In this document: positions 43,073 to 52,886 of the stretch, piece by piece | How the letters are laid out: each line of letters begins with the position of its first letter | Numbering within the stretch: position 1 is the first letter of the stretch | NCBI GenBank assembly: GCA_963677485.1 | Contig: OY781964.1 | Location: 2,976,001 to 3,040,000, forward strand | Source: Armatimonadota bacterium | Lineage (GTDB): Bacteria > Armatimonadota > HRBIN16 | Direction of reading: 5' to 3' | DNA length: 64,000 bases | The notes under the pieces: model-generated | Seen by the model: the letters and a program-made list of their open reading frames with translations, nothing else | Database searches by the model: none | What the model was told of the DNA's origin: nothing | Program-made: the position numbers and the translations under genes

Positions 43073-43899
43073 TGGACACCGATGTTGAAATGGTCGTGAC
43101 TTTGGTAATGGACAACCTGGAAGGCGCAGGGTTGCAGAGTGAACATGGGCTGAGCTTTCTTGTGGAAACTGGCCAGGGCGATGTGTTGTTTGATGTCGGC
43201 GCGAGCGATGCGTTGTTTCACAACATGCTCAAGCTGCACAAGCGGCCTGGTCGTGTCAAAGCGGTAGCACTGAGCCATGGCCACTATGATCACACTGGTG
43301 GTCTTGCCAGATTGATGGAGTTGGCTCCTGACGTCAAGCTATATGCTCATGGAGATGTGTTGAAGCCGCGATTTATAATACATGAACATGACGCCAAACC
43401 GATAGGGATGCCAGAAAGCTCCCTGCATTCCGCTGGCGGAATGCTGAGGTGCGAAGACCCACAAATGCTTCTTCCCGGAGTATGGCTAAGCGGTGCGGTC
43501 AAACTGGTACCGGAGTACACAGTGCCTGCGAATCCTGTGTTTCAGATCGACGATCATGGGATCAAGACAGACCTGTTCGATGATGAACGATGCATGGTGC
43601 TTCAACATGAGGGCCGGACCACCGTACTTCTGGGCTGCAGCCACCGCGGGGTAGAGAACAATATCCTGACGGCCATGGAGTTGGCGGGCACTAAGAAACT
43701 CGACAGGGTCGTTGGTGGCATGCATCTGGGTAGTGCCGGCAACGATCGGCTCAATCGGCTGGTGCGATTTCTGGACACTCAGCAGATAGGTGAGGTAGTA
43801 TGCTGTCACTGCACGGGGGAGCATGCTACCGAATACCTGGCCAATAAGCTGGGACCGATGGTGGTTTTAGGGCACAACGGCATGAGCTGGAAGGTGTAG
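43069..43899 (+). CDS. MBL-fold metallo-hydrolase
   Basis: EHGLSF, LSHGHYDHTGG, GCSHRG, GGMHL, CHCTG. Confidence 0.92.
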   Translation: MMDTDVEMVVTLVMDNLEGAGLQSEHGLSFLVETGQGDVLFDVGASDALFHNMLKLHKRPGRVKAVALSHGHYDHTGGLARLMELAPDVKLYAHGDVLKPRFIIHEHDAKPIGMPESSLHSAGGMLRCEDPQMLLPGVWLSGAVKLVPEYTVPANPVFQIDDHGIKTDLFDDERCMVLQHEGRTTVLLGCSHRGVENNILTAMELAGTKKLDRVVGGMHLGSAGNDRLNRLVRFLDTQQIGEVVCCHCTGEHATEYLANKLGPMVVLGHNGMSWKV

Positions 43900-43903
43900 A
43901 TGA

Positions 43904-44854
43904 ATGACTAATACCGTACAGGAGCTGGTGATCATTAGCGGTAAGGGCGGTACGGGCAAAACCAGTGTAGTCGCTTCATTCGCAGCTTTGGCTGAAGAGG
44001 CTGTGCTGGTTGATTGTGACGTAGATGCTTCTGACCTTCATTTAGTTCTCAGTCCTGATATTCAGCTAACTGTTCCGTTTTATGGCGGAAACCAGGCACA
44101 CGTGAATACAGAGCTGTGCGTTGGCTGCATGAAGTGCATTCGCCTGTGCCGGTTTGGTGCGGTGAGTGCAGATGGAGCTGCGAATCAACACACTGACATC
44201 ACCGTGAGTATTGATCCGTTTCAGTGTGAAGGCTGCGGGGTATGCGCACACTTTTGCCCATCAGGGGCCATCCAGATGGAGCCTGAGCTTAACGGTGACT
44301 GGTATGTTTCTGACACCCGGTTCGGCCCGATGGTCCATGCCAGGCTGGGCGTAGCTCAGGAGAACTCGGGTAAGCTGGTGACCACCATCCGCAAGGAGGC
44401 CAGCCGCATCGCCCGGGAGAAGGCCATTCCGCTGGTGATCATTGATGGCTCGCCAGGCATCGGATGTCCGGTCATTGCTTCGGTGACCAACGCATCGCTG
44501 GTGTTGATCGTGACCGAGCCTACACTCTCAGGGCTGCACGATCTGGAGCGGGTGGCTTCGCTCTGCCAGGGATTGAAGTTGCAGGTGATGGTCTGTGTGA
44601 ACAAGGTGGACATCAACCTTGATATGAGCCTGCGCATTCAAAAGCGGTGTGACAAACTAAACATCTCCGTGGCGGGCACGATCCGGTATGATCGATGCGT
44701 GACCGACGCTCAGTTACAGATGAAAAGTGTGGTAGAACTGGCTCATAACCCGGTTGCCGAAGACATTGTATGTGTGTGGAGTTCAGTCAAGGAAAATCTG
44801 GCGGCTCAGTCGCCGATAACAAATAAAAGAATCAAGGAGACACCTCTGATATGA
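43904..44854 (+). CDS. Second P-loop ATPase with [4Fe-4S] domain
   Basis: ISGKGGTGKTS, DCDVDA, CVGCMKC..C, CEGCGVC..CP, ENSGKLV, DGSPGIGCPV. Confidence 0.93.
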   Translation: MTNTVQELVIISGKGGTGKTSVVASFAALAEEAVLVDCDVDASDLHLVLSPDIQLTVPFYGGNQAHVNTELCVGCMKCIRLCRFGAVSADGAANQHTDITVSIDPFQCEGCGVCAHFCPSGAIQMEPELNGDWYVSDTRFGPMVHARLGVAQENSGKLVTTIRKEASRIAREKAIPLVIIDGSPGIGCPVIASVTNASLVLIVTEPTLSGLHDLERVASLCQGLKLQVMVCVNKVDINLDMSLRIQKRCDKLNISVAGTIRYDRCVTDAQLQMKSVVELAHNPVAEDIVCVWSSVKENLAAQSPITNKRIKETPLI

Positions 44855-45189
44855 AAATCGCGATACCTACCTCAAACGGGCTGCTGTGCCCGCATTTCGG
44901 TCACTGTGATGAGTTTACGCTTGTGGATGTAGACATCGACACCAAGCAAATCCTGGGACGTGAAGTGACACCAGCACCCAAGCATGAACCCGGTTTGCTG
45001 CCGCGCTGGCTGCATGGTCTTGGTGCTGATCTTATCATCGCTGGCGGGATGGGCTCGAGGGCGCAACAGTTGTTTGCGGAAGCGAAGGTCGATGTTGTCG
45101 TGGGGGCTCCAGTCGCAGCACCTGATGCATTGGTGGAAGCCTGGTTGGGCGGAAACATGGAGACCGGCACCAATATGTGCGATCACTGA
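44851..45189 (+). CDS. NifB/NifX-family protein
   Basis: LCPHFGHC, HEPGLLP, AGGMG, C-terminal CDH. Confidence 0.92.
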   Translation: MKIAIPTSNGLLCPHFGHCDEFTLVDVDIDTKQILGREVTPAPKHEPGLLPRWLHGLGADLIIAGGMGSRAQQLFAEAKVDVVVGAPVAAPDALVEAWLGGNMETGTNMCDH

Positions 45190-45204
45190 CATCACACAGC
45201 ACAC

Positions 45205-45237
45205 TGGGCCCCTGCCATTTCCGGGGCCCATTTTTTT
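45205..45237 (+). terminator. Intrinsic terminator
   Basis: TGGGCCCC/GGGGCCCA stem plus T7. Confidence 0.8.
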
Positions 45238-45258
45238 CAGGTGCCTGGTGATACCGGA

Positions 45259-45990
45259 CTATTTCTTTTTGAGAAACAGCTTGGCGAGTGGCAGCTTGCG
45301 GAAGCACATGAACCAGTCCAGACAGTAATAGTCGTCTCCGGCCTGCTCCACACGCTCCTTAGCCAAACCACAAGAGCCGGGGGGAGGCACAATCACATCG
45401 TCGCCAGGCTGCCAGTCAGCAGGGGTGGCGCATCCGTGTGCATCGGATGTCTGCATGGCGATTAGCAGCCGCTTGACCTCGTCAAAGTTGCGCCCGTTCG
45501 ACAGTGGGTAGTAGACTAGAGCCCGTACCTTGGCGTTGGGGTCAATGAAAAACACAGCCCGCACAGCTTGCGTGGAGGCAGCGTTGGGCTGCACCATGCC
45601 GTATTTCTTGGCCACATTCATCGAAATGTCGGTTATCACAGGGTATGTGATCTCCACATTTTCCATGCCCTTGTATTTGATCTTTTCCTTGATGGTGCGC
45701 AGCCAGGCGATGTGGCTGTAGGTGCTATCGATCGATAGTCCGATCAACTCACAGTTCAAGTCGAGAAGATCATTTTGGATCTTAGCGAAGGTCATGAACT
45801 CGGTGGTGCAGACCGGTGTAAAGTCAGCCGGGTGGCTGAACAAGATGACCCACTTGCCCTTATAGTTTTCCGGAAACTTGATAACTCCCTGGGTGGACTC
45901 TGCCACAAAAGCCGGTGCATCATCACCGATGAGGGGGATGTGAACACACTGCTCAACGCAGGGTGATGTGGAATCTTTCTGATCAGACAT
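45259..45990 (-). CDS. Peroxiredoxin (Prx6/TDXH-type)
   Basis: FSHPADFTPVCTTE, GRNFDE, ATPADW, DWFMC. AGGAGG RBS before ATG 45990. Confidence 0.95.
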   Translation of the reverse strand: MSDQKDSTSPCVEQCVHIPLIGDDAPAFVAESTQGVIKFPENYKGKWVILFSHPADFTPVCTTEFMTFAKIQNDLLDLNCELIGLSIDSTYSHIAWLRTIKEKIKYKGMENVEITYPVITDISMNVAKKYGMVQPNAASTQAVRAVFFIDPNAKVRALVYYPLSNGRNFDEVKRLLIAMQTSDAHGCATPADWQPGDDVIVPPPGSCGLAKERVEQAGDDYYCLDWFMCFRKLPLAKLFLKKK

Positions 45991-46037
45991 AAGGCGAAAC
46001 CTCCTGGTATATCCATGCCAAGTGATCTTGGCCATGC

Positions 46038-46056
46038 TAGATGCATGTTGCATATA
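46038..46056. promoter_or_regulatory. 19-bp palindromic operator-like site upstream of the peroxiredoxin
   Basis: TAGATGCA-TGT-TGCATATA followed by ACA, as at 40449-40470. Confidence 0.65.
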
Positions 46057-46324
46057 ACATTATGATTATGGCATGAGCGAGGCGGTAAAAGTACCCCCAA
46101 TAATGAGATAACTATGGAGTCTACTACTCAAGATGATTCCGGCCAGGTGAGCAGAGTCATTCGGCAACAACGGTCATGGCTTAGGTAGGATCTGCCGGTC
46201 AGCAGCAATCATCATCCATAATCAAGGTATAATAAGCCAGATATTCACTGGCATCTCTGGCTGTGTCTGCCATATGTGCATTCAGACATCCGGGATGTTG
46301 TGTAAACAAAAGGGAGCCCTACTG

Positions 46325-47935
46325 ATGAAAAAGAACTGTCTGACCACCTTAATGCTCTTCATATTGTCTATCAGCTCGCTCATGGCGCACGCGGTCAGTA
46401 TCAGCGGCGAATTTGAGATCGCGGCAGATACCCACCAGCAGATGACTTTCGGAGCCGCGTTCGACGGCAGCAACTACATTGTGACCCTTCAGGGAAATGC
46501 CAGCGACTCCTGGGCTATCTGTGCTCAGATGATTTCGTCGATGGGCGAAAAGGTGGGTGGCCTCATTAATATCGGGCGATACGGTGACACGCCCATCATC
46601 GCCTTTGATGGCACAAGATACCTGATGGTCTGGACCGATTATGCTCATACACCCGATGATGACATTTATGGATGTTTCATTAGCAAGAGTGGCGTCGTCG
46701 GCACGCCGTTTGTCATCTCCTCCGCACCGGGTATGCAAAAAGTGGCCAGCATGGGCTTTGATGGCACCAACTACATGGTGGTTTGGGACGACTATCGGAA
46801 TGAATCATCAAGTAACGCTATTGACATATACGCTCAGCGTGTATCCACCTCCGGTTCGCTGGTGGGCTCCGAGATCGCAGTGTGCAGCCAGGCACGTGAC
46901 CAGCGTAATGCGGCCATGGCCTTCGACGGCACCAACTACCTGGTGACATATATGAATAAACGCAGTGAAAATCCTAACATCCGGGATATCAACGGCAACT
47001 TCATGTCCAAGTCGGGTGTCGTGGGCAGCCAGTTCAAGATCAACACCACGGATTGTCCGAACAGCCAAAACCCCATCGGGCTGGCATACGGTAAGGACGG
47101 CTACATGGTGGTTTGGGGCAAGGACATGGGGGCTGGTGGCAATGCCGATGCCATATGGGATGTCTACGGCCGTGTGATCGCCCCGAATGGTACATTCAGA
47201 AGCTCTGAGCTGGCGATTTCCACCATACCAGGCAGCCAGGCCTTTCCCAGAGTCACCAGCGACGGCACCCGGTATTTCGTAGTGTGGACTGACCTTTCCC
47301 TTCCCGATGTGGAGATAACAGGGCAGTTTTTCAGTGAGACCGGCACGACAGTGACCGGAACCTTCCCCGTGGTATCAGGAACAGGTCCCAGGGCGGTATA
47401 CGCGACCTTGTTTGCTGACGGCCAATATTACCTTGGGGTGATGGAGGGTTTGAAGGTCAACGAATGGGGTATAGCTGATATATATGGTGTCACGGTAGAC
47501 TTCGCGACCGGGGCACCCACCACGCTGCAAGTGACGATTAACCCAGGTGCAGGCTATCTGGGAGCACTGAGTGGCGTCCCACTGCAGTATGACCTGAGCG
47601 GTCCGTGGCAATATACGGGATCGCTGATGCTAAATGACAGCGGCAAAGCGATGCTGGACGGTGTAGAGCCAGGTAGCTACAACCTGAGTATTTCTGGCAG
47701 TCACTGGCTGAAACGGGTGGTGTCAGGCGTGAATGTGAATGGCGTCAATGTGGTGAACACGGTGCTTTCGAATGGCGACGCCGATGGCAACGGCCAGATT
47801 AACCTGTTCGACTACGTCGTGCTGGATTCCAAGTTCGGTTCCTCATATTCGATGGCTGATCTTGACGGTGATGGCGCGGTGAACCTGTTCGACTACGTGA
47901 TCATCGACCAGAACTTCGGAGCTCAGGCCGACTAG
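46325..47935 (+). CDS. Secreted repeat protein (FDGTNYLVVW-type repeats, probable propeller) with C-terminal dockerin-like module
   Basis: Signal peptide; about six (A/G)FDG..Y.VVW.D repeats; tail GSHWLKR..NGDADGNGQINLFD..DLDGDGAVNLFD..FGAQAD. Confidence 0.85.
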   Translation: MKKNCLTTLMLFILSISSLMAHAVSISGEFEIAADTHQQMTFGAAFDGSNYIVTLQGNASDSWAICAQMISSMGEKVGGLINIGRYGDTPIIAFDGTRYLMVWTDYAHTPDDDIYGCFISKSGVVGTPFVISSAPGMQKVASMGFDGTNYMVVWDDYRNESSSNAIDIYAQRVSTSGSLVGSEIAVCSQARDQRNAAMAFDGTNYLVTYMNKRSENPNIRDINGNFMSKSGVVGSQFKINTTDCPNSQNPIGLAYGKDGYMVVWGKDMGAGGNADAIWDVYGRVIAPNGTFRSSELAISTIPGSQAFPRVTSDGTRYFVVWTDLSLPDVEITGQFFSETGTTVTGTFPVVSGTGPRAVYATLFADGQYYLGVMEGLKVNEWGIADIYGVTVDFATGAPTTLQVTINPGAGYLGALSGVPLQYDLSGPWQYTGSLMLNDSGKAMLDGVEPGSYNLSISGSHWLKRVVSGVNVNGVNVVNTVLSNGDADGNGQINLFDYVVLDSKFGSSYSMADLDGDGAVNLFDYVIIDQNFGAQAD

Positions 47936-48066
47936 CTCTAGCAGCTGGCCGTGACACGGTATATACAACTAATAGGCGAGGTGTGTTCAGGTTACAGAGA
48001 TAAAGCAGTTGACGGTTCTTTATCTGTCCAGTGGATCGTCTGGCACGATACCTAAAGGAGAATAAG

Positions 48067-49185
48067 ATGAATACCAGAACGGTTTGCCTCACAGCAATTC
48101 TGGCTGCAGCATTTGCCTCCATTTCCGGTGCTGCACCGGTCTCTGTGGTGGTCACACCAGACAATATGCAGGGATGGACCAGCCAGGTCAGCGGCACGAC
48201 TGGTTCTTTTACCTTTGTCAATGGCCCTTCTACGATCGGTAGTGGCAGCATGGTCATGTCAGTCGGAGCTAGCGGGGGTGATGTCATCGCTTTCAGAACC
48301 GCCTCATATGGCAGACTTAAGTTGGCCAGGATCAACTCGCTGAAGATGGATACCCGTGTCACAAACTTCGGCAGCTCGACACCGAAGGGCCTTGCCATGC
48401 AGATTGATGTCGACTGGAATGACGACGGTGCCGTCGATGACCAACTGGTTTACGAGCCGATCTATAACAATAACACATTCAACCAGACACCTGCTCTGAA
48501 TACCTGGCAGACATGGGACATTCTGAATAACGGAACCTGGTATTCAGTAGGCGGGTATGCTGGGATGGGGCAGTCCACACCCCATAAACTGTCACAGTAT
48601 ATCTCCAACTACCCTGATGCACGGATTACGGAGGGCGGGCTTGGGCATTTGCGGATATTCGCAGGTTATTCCGCAGGTTATTGGGATAACTTCACTGCCG
48701 CTATCGATAATCTGCAGATTGGCGCATTGGATTTCGTTCATATCTACGACTTTGAGCCAAGTCAGACCACCTCGCTGGGGATCACTGTGGACCCGGGCCT
48801 TGGTTTCATTGGTGCGTTGAACGGCATCATCCTGAACTACAGTCTGAGTGGTCCGCGTTCATATACTGGTTCGTTGACGCTGGACGCCAGCGGAAAATCA
48901 CAGATCAGCGGGGTTGTGCCCGGTACGTATAGCCTTAGCTTGACGGGCAGCCATTGGACAAAACGTATCATCAACGATATCAATGTGAATGGCACAACGT
49001 CCATTAACACCACGCTGACGAATGGCGATTCCGACGGCGATAGCCAGATCAACCTGTTCGACTTTGTCGTGCTGGATTCGAAGTTCGGCTCCTCAGATGC
49101 CATGGCTGACTTGAACGGCGACGGCCAGGTCAACCTTTTCGACTACGTCATCATCGACCAGAACTTCGGAGCCCAGGGGGACTAG
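48067..49185 (+). CDS. Secreted protein of unknown function with C-terminal dockerin-like module
   Basis: Signal peptide; LVYEP, WQTWD domain; same C-terminal module. AAGGAG RBS. Confidence 0.85.
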   Translation: MNTRTVCLTAILAAAFASISGAAPVSVVVTPDNMQGWTSQVSGTTGSFTFVNGPSTIGSGSMVMSVGASGGDVIAFRTASYGRLKLARINSLKMDTRVTNFGSSTPKGLAMQIDVDWNDDGAVDDQLVYEPIYNNNTFNQTPALNTWQTWDILNNGTWYSVGGYAGMGQSTPHKLSQYISNYPDARITEGGLGHLRIFAGYSAGYWDNFTAAIDNLQIGALDFVHIYDFEPSQTTSLGITVDPGLGFIGALNGIILNYSLSGPRSYTGSLTLDASGKSQISGVVPGTYSLSLTGSHWTKRIINDINVNGTTSINTTLTNGDSDGDSQINLFDFVVLDSKFGSSDAMADLNGDGQVNLFDYVIIDQNFGAQGD

Positions 49186-49384
49186 CGACGTTCGCAAACT
49201 TGATGCCCTCGCAACGATCATACGATCAATAGTGCGAGGGCATCAGCACATCATCCACCTTGATGCCATGACTTTACCGTAGTCTGCCGTTTTATCGATG
49301 GGTTTTGATAGGTGTGTATATACTATAAAGAGACAACGCAGTGGTGTTGCTGTGCAGTCTAGACCAACAAGGTGATGTGGAAAA

Positions 49385-51121
49385 TTGTTAAACCGTACCT
49401 CGATACTCGGCGCATTGAGCTTAATCATATGTGCGTCAGGATCCATAAACGCTGCCCCCAGAAATGTGATACTAATGGTTGCCGATGGGTGGGGATATAA
49501 CCAGATCGCTGCGGCTCGATCATATATCGGTTCGAACCCATCTTATCAAAGCTCCGACTTCACCTCAGTGGCCATGTCCACCTATTCTGCGAGTAACACT
49601 GCTGGATACAACACTCAAACCGCCTGGACATCTGACGGAGCTGGTGGCTTGAAACCCAACTATGAGACTTTGAAGTCAGGCACCGGTGCTACAGACAGTG
49701 CCGCCGCAATCACCGCAATGATGACTGGCGAAAAGACTTATGATGGTCGAATCAACTGGAGCACATCCGGCCAGCGTCTGACCACCTTTGCTGATAGCTA
49801 CAAGATATCCGGTCATTCGGTGGGTGCGGTCACCACAGTGCCGTGGAGCCACGCCACGCCTTCTGGCGTGATGGGACATAATATCAGCCGAGGTAATTAT
49901 TCGGAACTCGCAAACGAAATGGTCAACTCGTCCATCGATGTGGTAATGGGTGCTGGGAATCCCGGCTATGATGACAACAGTAATCCTGCAGTTAGCAGCG
50001 CGTTATACGTGGGCGGTGCAGCCACATGGAATGCCCTAAAGGCTGGCACTTCTGGCGGATTGACCCCCTGGACGTTGATTGAAGATCGTAGTGCATTCCA
50101 GGCACTGGCATCTGGAGCTACCCCAAATCGTGTGCTGGGCGCATATAAAAGCTACACATCGATGCAGCAAGCCCGCTCGGGAGATGGTCAGACTGTAGAC
50201 ATCGAGGGCCGCAAGACGGTTGTGCCCACTCTGGCCGAGATGTCAAAAGCGGCACTGAACGTTCTGGATAACAACCCGAAAGGCTTCTTTCTGATGATTG
50301 AGGGTGGTGCAGTCGACTACGCGAACCATGCCAATCAGAAGGGGCGGCTGATAGAGGAGATGCTGGACTTTAACAGTGCGGTTGATGCTGTTGTGAACTA
50401 CATCAACAGTAATAGTAACTGGGAAGAGACGCTATTGATTGTTGCCGGCGACCATGAGTGCGGCTTATTGCTTGGCCCCAACGGTGAGACTGATATTGTG
50501 GGAACACCGACTGGCAGTATTCCAAGTATGAAGTATTTTAGTGGCAGCCATTCCAATCAGCTAATCCCTCTATATGCGCGGGGTGCTGGTTCAGAACTGC
50601 TGTCTCAGTATGCTGTAAAAACGGATCTTGTGAGGGGGAAATACATCGACAACACCGATGTGTTCAAGCTGATGACTGCAGCAACAGCGGCACCTGCGAC
50701 CACTACACTACCGATTACAATTGGTGCTGGCCCAGGGTATGGCGGTGCCAGAAACCTGATCGAACTTCACTGCCGGCTTGAAGGATCAACGCAATATACT
50801 GGGACGCTATCGCTAGATCGCAACGGTAGAACCACCATAGATAACATCCTGCCTGGCCGTTACACGATCACCCTCTCGGGCAGTCACTGGCTAAACCGGA
50901 TCATCAAAGATGTCAATGTGAATGGCGCAAACAGCCTGATTGTTGCACTGGTAAATGGTGATTCCGATGGGAATGGCCAGATCAACCTGTTCGACTTCGT
51001 AGTGCTGGATTCGAAGTTCGGCTCCTCAGATGCCATGGCAGACTTGAACGGTGATGGCGTGGTGAACCTGTTCGATTACGTGATCATCGACCAAAACTTC
51101 GGAGCCCAAGGCGACAAATAG
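49385..51121 (+). CDS. Alkaline phosphatase with C-terminal dockerin-like module
   Basis: NVILMVADG, TDSAAA, HATP, GFFLMIEGG.VD..NHAN, GDHE; same tail. Confidence 0.92.
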   Translation: MLNRTSILGALSLIICASGSINAAPRNVILMVADGWGYNQIAAARSYIGSNPSYQSSDFTSVAMSTYSASNTAGYNTQTAWTSDGAGGLKPNYETLKSGTGATDSAAAITAMMTGEKTYDGRINWSTSGQRLTTFADSYKISGHSVGAVTTVPWSHATPSGVMGHNISRGNYSELANEMVNSSIDVVMGAGNPGYDDNSNPAVSSALYVGGAATWNALKAGTSGGLTPWTLIEDRSAFQALASGATPNRVLGAYKSYTSMQQARSGDGQTVDIEGRKTVVPTLAEMSKAALNVLDNNPKGFFLMIEGGAVDYANHANQKGRLIEEMLDFNSAVDAVVNYINSNSNWEETLLIVAGDHECGLLLGPNGETDIVGTPTGSIPSMKYFSGSHSNQLIPLYARGAGSELLSQYAVKTDLVRGKYIDNTDVFKLMTAATAAPATTTLPITIGAGPGYGGARNLIELHCRLEGSTQYTGTLSLDRNGRTTIDNILPGRYTITLSGSHWLNRIIKDVNVNGANSLIVALVNGDSDGNGQINLFDFVVLDSKFGSSDAMADLNGDGVVNLFDYVIIDQNFGAQGDK

Positions 51122-51261
51122 TAGCCGTGCCACCATTCAGGGCAAGCTGCAATCCGCAGCTTGCCCTTTTGTGCATATGGGCCTATTGTGATGTATGCTA
51201 TCTTTAGTGATGAACGAGCAACCGCCCGTGCTGGCACGGCAGCCTATCCTGTAACGGATAC

Positions 51262-51349
51262 GGTCGTAGGGGCGTCCCTTGTGGGCGCCCTAATCGTTGT
51301 TTACTCGATGACTATGTATAGGGCGCCCACAAGGGACGCCCCTACGACC
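51262..51349. repeat. REPIN-like doublet of GTAG-REPs
   Basis: Perfect 31-bp inverted pair GGTCGTAGGGGCGTCCCTTGTGGGCGCCCTA (51262-51292 and 51319-51349). Confidence 0.9.
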
Positions 51350-51385
51350 AGTTACTTACGAGCGACATAACTTAAGGAGATATCA

Positions 51386-52612
51386 ATGAACCTGATGCGC
51401 AAGATTTCCTTGCTGACCAGCGCAGCTCTTGTCCTGGTGTTGGCCACCTCAATGCTACAAGCTGCCCCCATCCTGAAACCCGGCCAGACGCTGGTTTTCT
51501 ACGGTGACAGCATCACCGAACAGCGGATATATACCCGGTACGTGATGGACTATTTCACCATGCGTTATCCTGGAGTGACCTATCATTTCCGTAATGCTGG
51601 TTGGAGTGGTGACACGGCTCCTGGCGGTGCGAATCGGCTGCAGCGCGATGTGCTCAGTCTGAAGCCGGACGTGGTCACGGTAGTTTTCGGTATGAATGAT
51701 GGTAAATACACAAAGTTCAGCCAGGAAAATTTCGATGCCTATATGAATGGTATGAAGAAGATTGTGCAGCAGTTGAAGCAGGCTAAAGTGAAGGTCGTGC
51801 TGCTGACACCCGGTTGTGTTGACGTAGATAAGCAAGAAGGCCTAAGGCTGTTTTACAACGAAACCCTGGCCATGTTTGGTGAGGGCGTGCAGCAGCTCGC
51901 GAAAGACGAGAACCTGCCGTTCTTCAATCTGCATGATCTGATGCTGAACGCTCAGACACAAGCGAAAGCCGATAACCCAGCATTCACCATGATCCCCGAC
52001 AGCATTCATCCACTGAACGCAGGTCATGCCATCATGGCCCTGGGCGTGCTGAAGGCATTAGGCTGCACCGACCAACCATCCTCGCTGGTCATCAACGCCA
52101 GCACCAAAACTGTGGTAGCCAAAAAATGCGCAGTGATTAACCTGGCTGTCGCCAGCGATAAGCTGAGCTTCACTCGCACCGACAGTGCCTTGCCTGCGTG
52201 GTTCAACCCCGATGTTGATGCGATCCGCAAATATGTGCCTTTAACCGCGGAACTGAATAACTATCCCTTGACTGTGAAAGGCCTGTCACAGGGTGACTGG
52301 AAGATATCAGTCAGCGGTATGACGTTAGGAACCTTTAGCAGTGATGAGCTTGCCAAAGGCGTCAATCTAGCCGAGATGCAGGGTCCATGGAAGCCGATGG
52401 GTGAAATGGTTGATGCCATCTCGTTGAAGCATGAGTCCTGTTACATAGGATATTGGCGTCACAGTTGTAATGAACTCACACCCCCTACCTTTACCGATGT
52501 AGATATGTTCAGTGTGATGCAGAAAACAGGTTCTATGATGGACGCATTTGATGCCGTGCGTATCGGTGCGACATCAAGCCGAACATGGCAGTGGGAGCTG
52601 GTCAAACTGTAG
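51386..52612 (+). CDS. Secreted SGNH/GDSL hydrolase
   Basis: FYGDSIT, NAGWSG, FGMND, DSIHP. Confidence 0.92.
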   Translation: MNLMRKISLLTSAALVLVLATSMLQAAPILKPGQTLVFYGDSITEQRIYTRYVMDYFTMRYPGVTYHFRNAGWSGDTAPGGANRLQRDVLSLKPDVVTVVFGMNDGKYTKFSQENFDAYMNGMKKIVQQLKQAKVKVVLLTPGCVDVDKQEGLRLFYNETLAMFGEGVQQLAKDENLPFFNLHDLMLNAQTQAKADNPAFTMIPDSIHPLNAGHAIMALGVLKALGCTDQPSSLVINASTKTVVAKKCAVINLAVASDKLSFTRTDSALPAWFNPDVDAIRKYVPLTAELNNYPLTVKGLSQGDWKISVSGMTLGTFSSDELAKGVNLAEMQGPWKPMGEMVDAISLKHESCYIGYWRHSCNELTPPTFTDVDMFSVMQKTGSMMDAFDAVRIGATSSRTWQWELVKL

Positions 52613-52629
52613 CCCCAACAGTGCTATTC

Positions 52630-52663
52630 ACAGCCCTGCCAGCATCGCCTGGCAGGGCTGTTT
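52630..52663 (+). terminator. Intrinsic terminator
   Basis: ACAGCCCTGCCAG/CTGGCAGGGCTGT stem plus TT. Confidence 0.65.
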
Positions 52664-52886
52664 AGTGTACTGTTCCTCACGGATTACGGGACGGATGCTG
52701 TTGATAACACATAGTGCTGGTTTGGCGCCTTGAGTTCCATAGATCGAAGCTGTGGATTGATGTAAAATGACCGGTAGGAATCGAATGATTTCGCATTTTC
52801 ACTAATACTTGGTGCCAGGTCATTTCGCCCACACCGATATGGGCGATCCTCACATTCCACTGACCATCCACAAAGGCTTTACATAT

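Noticed and set aside
40973-45189. Nitrogen fixation cluster
   Set aside because: No nifH, nifD, nifK, nifE, nifN or radical-SAM NifB. The ATPases are MinD-like with ferredoxin inserts.
47770-51121. Near-identical 3' ends as DGR template/variable repeats
   Set aside because: All copies are in-frame coding, differences are mainly synonymous rather than adenine-specific, and no reverse transcriptase is in the window.
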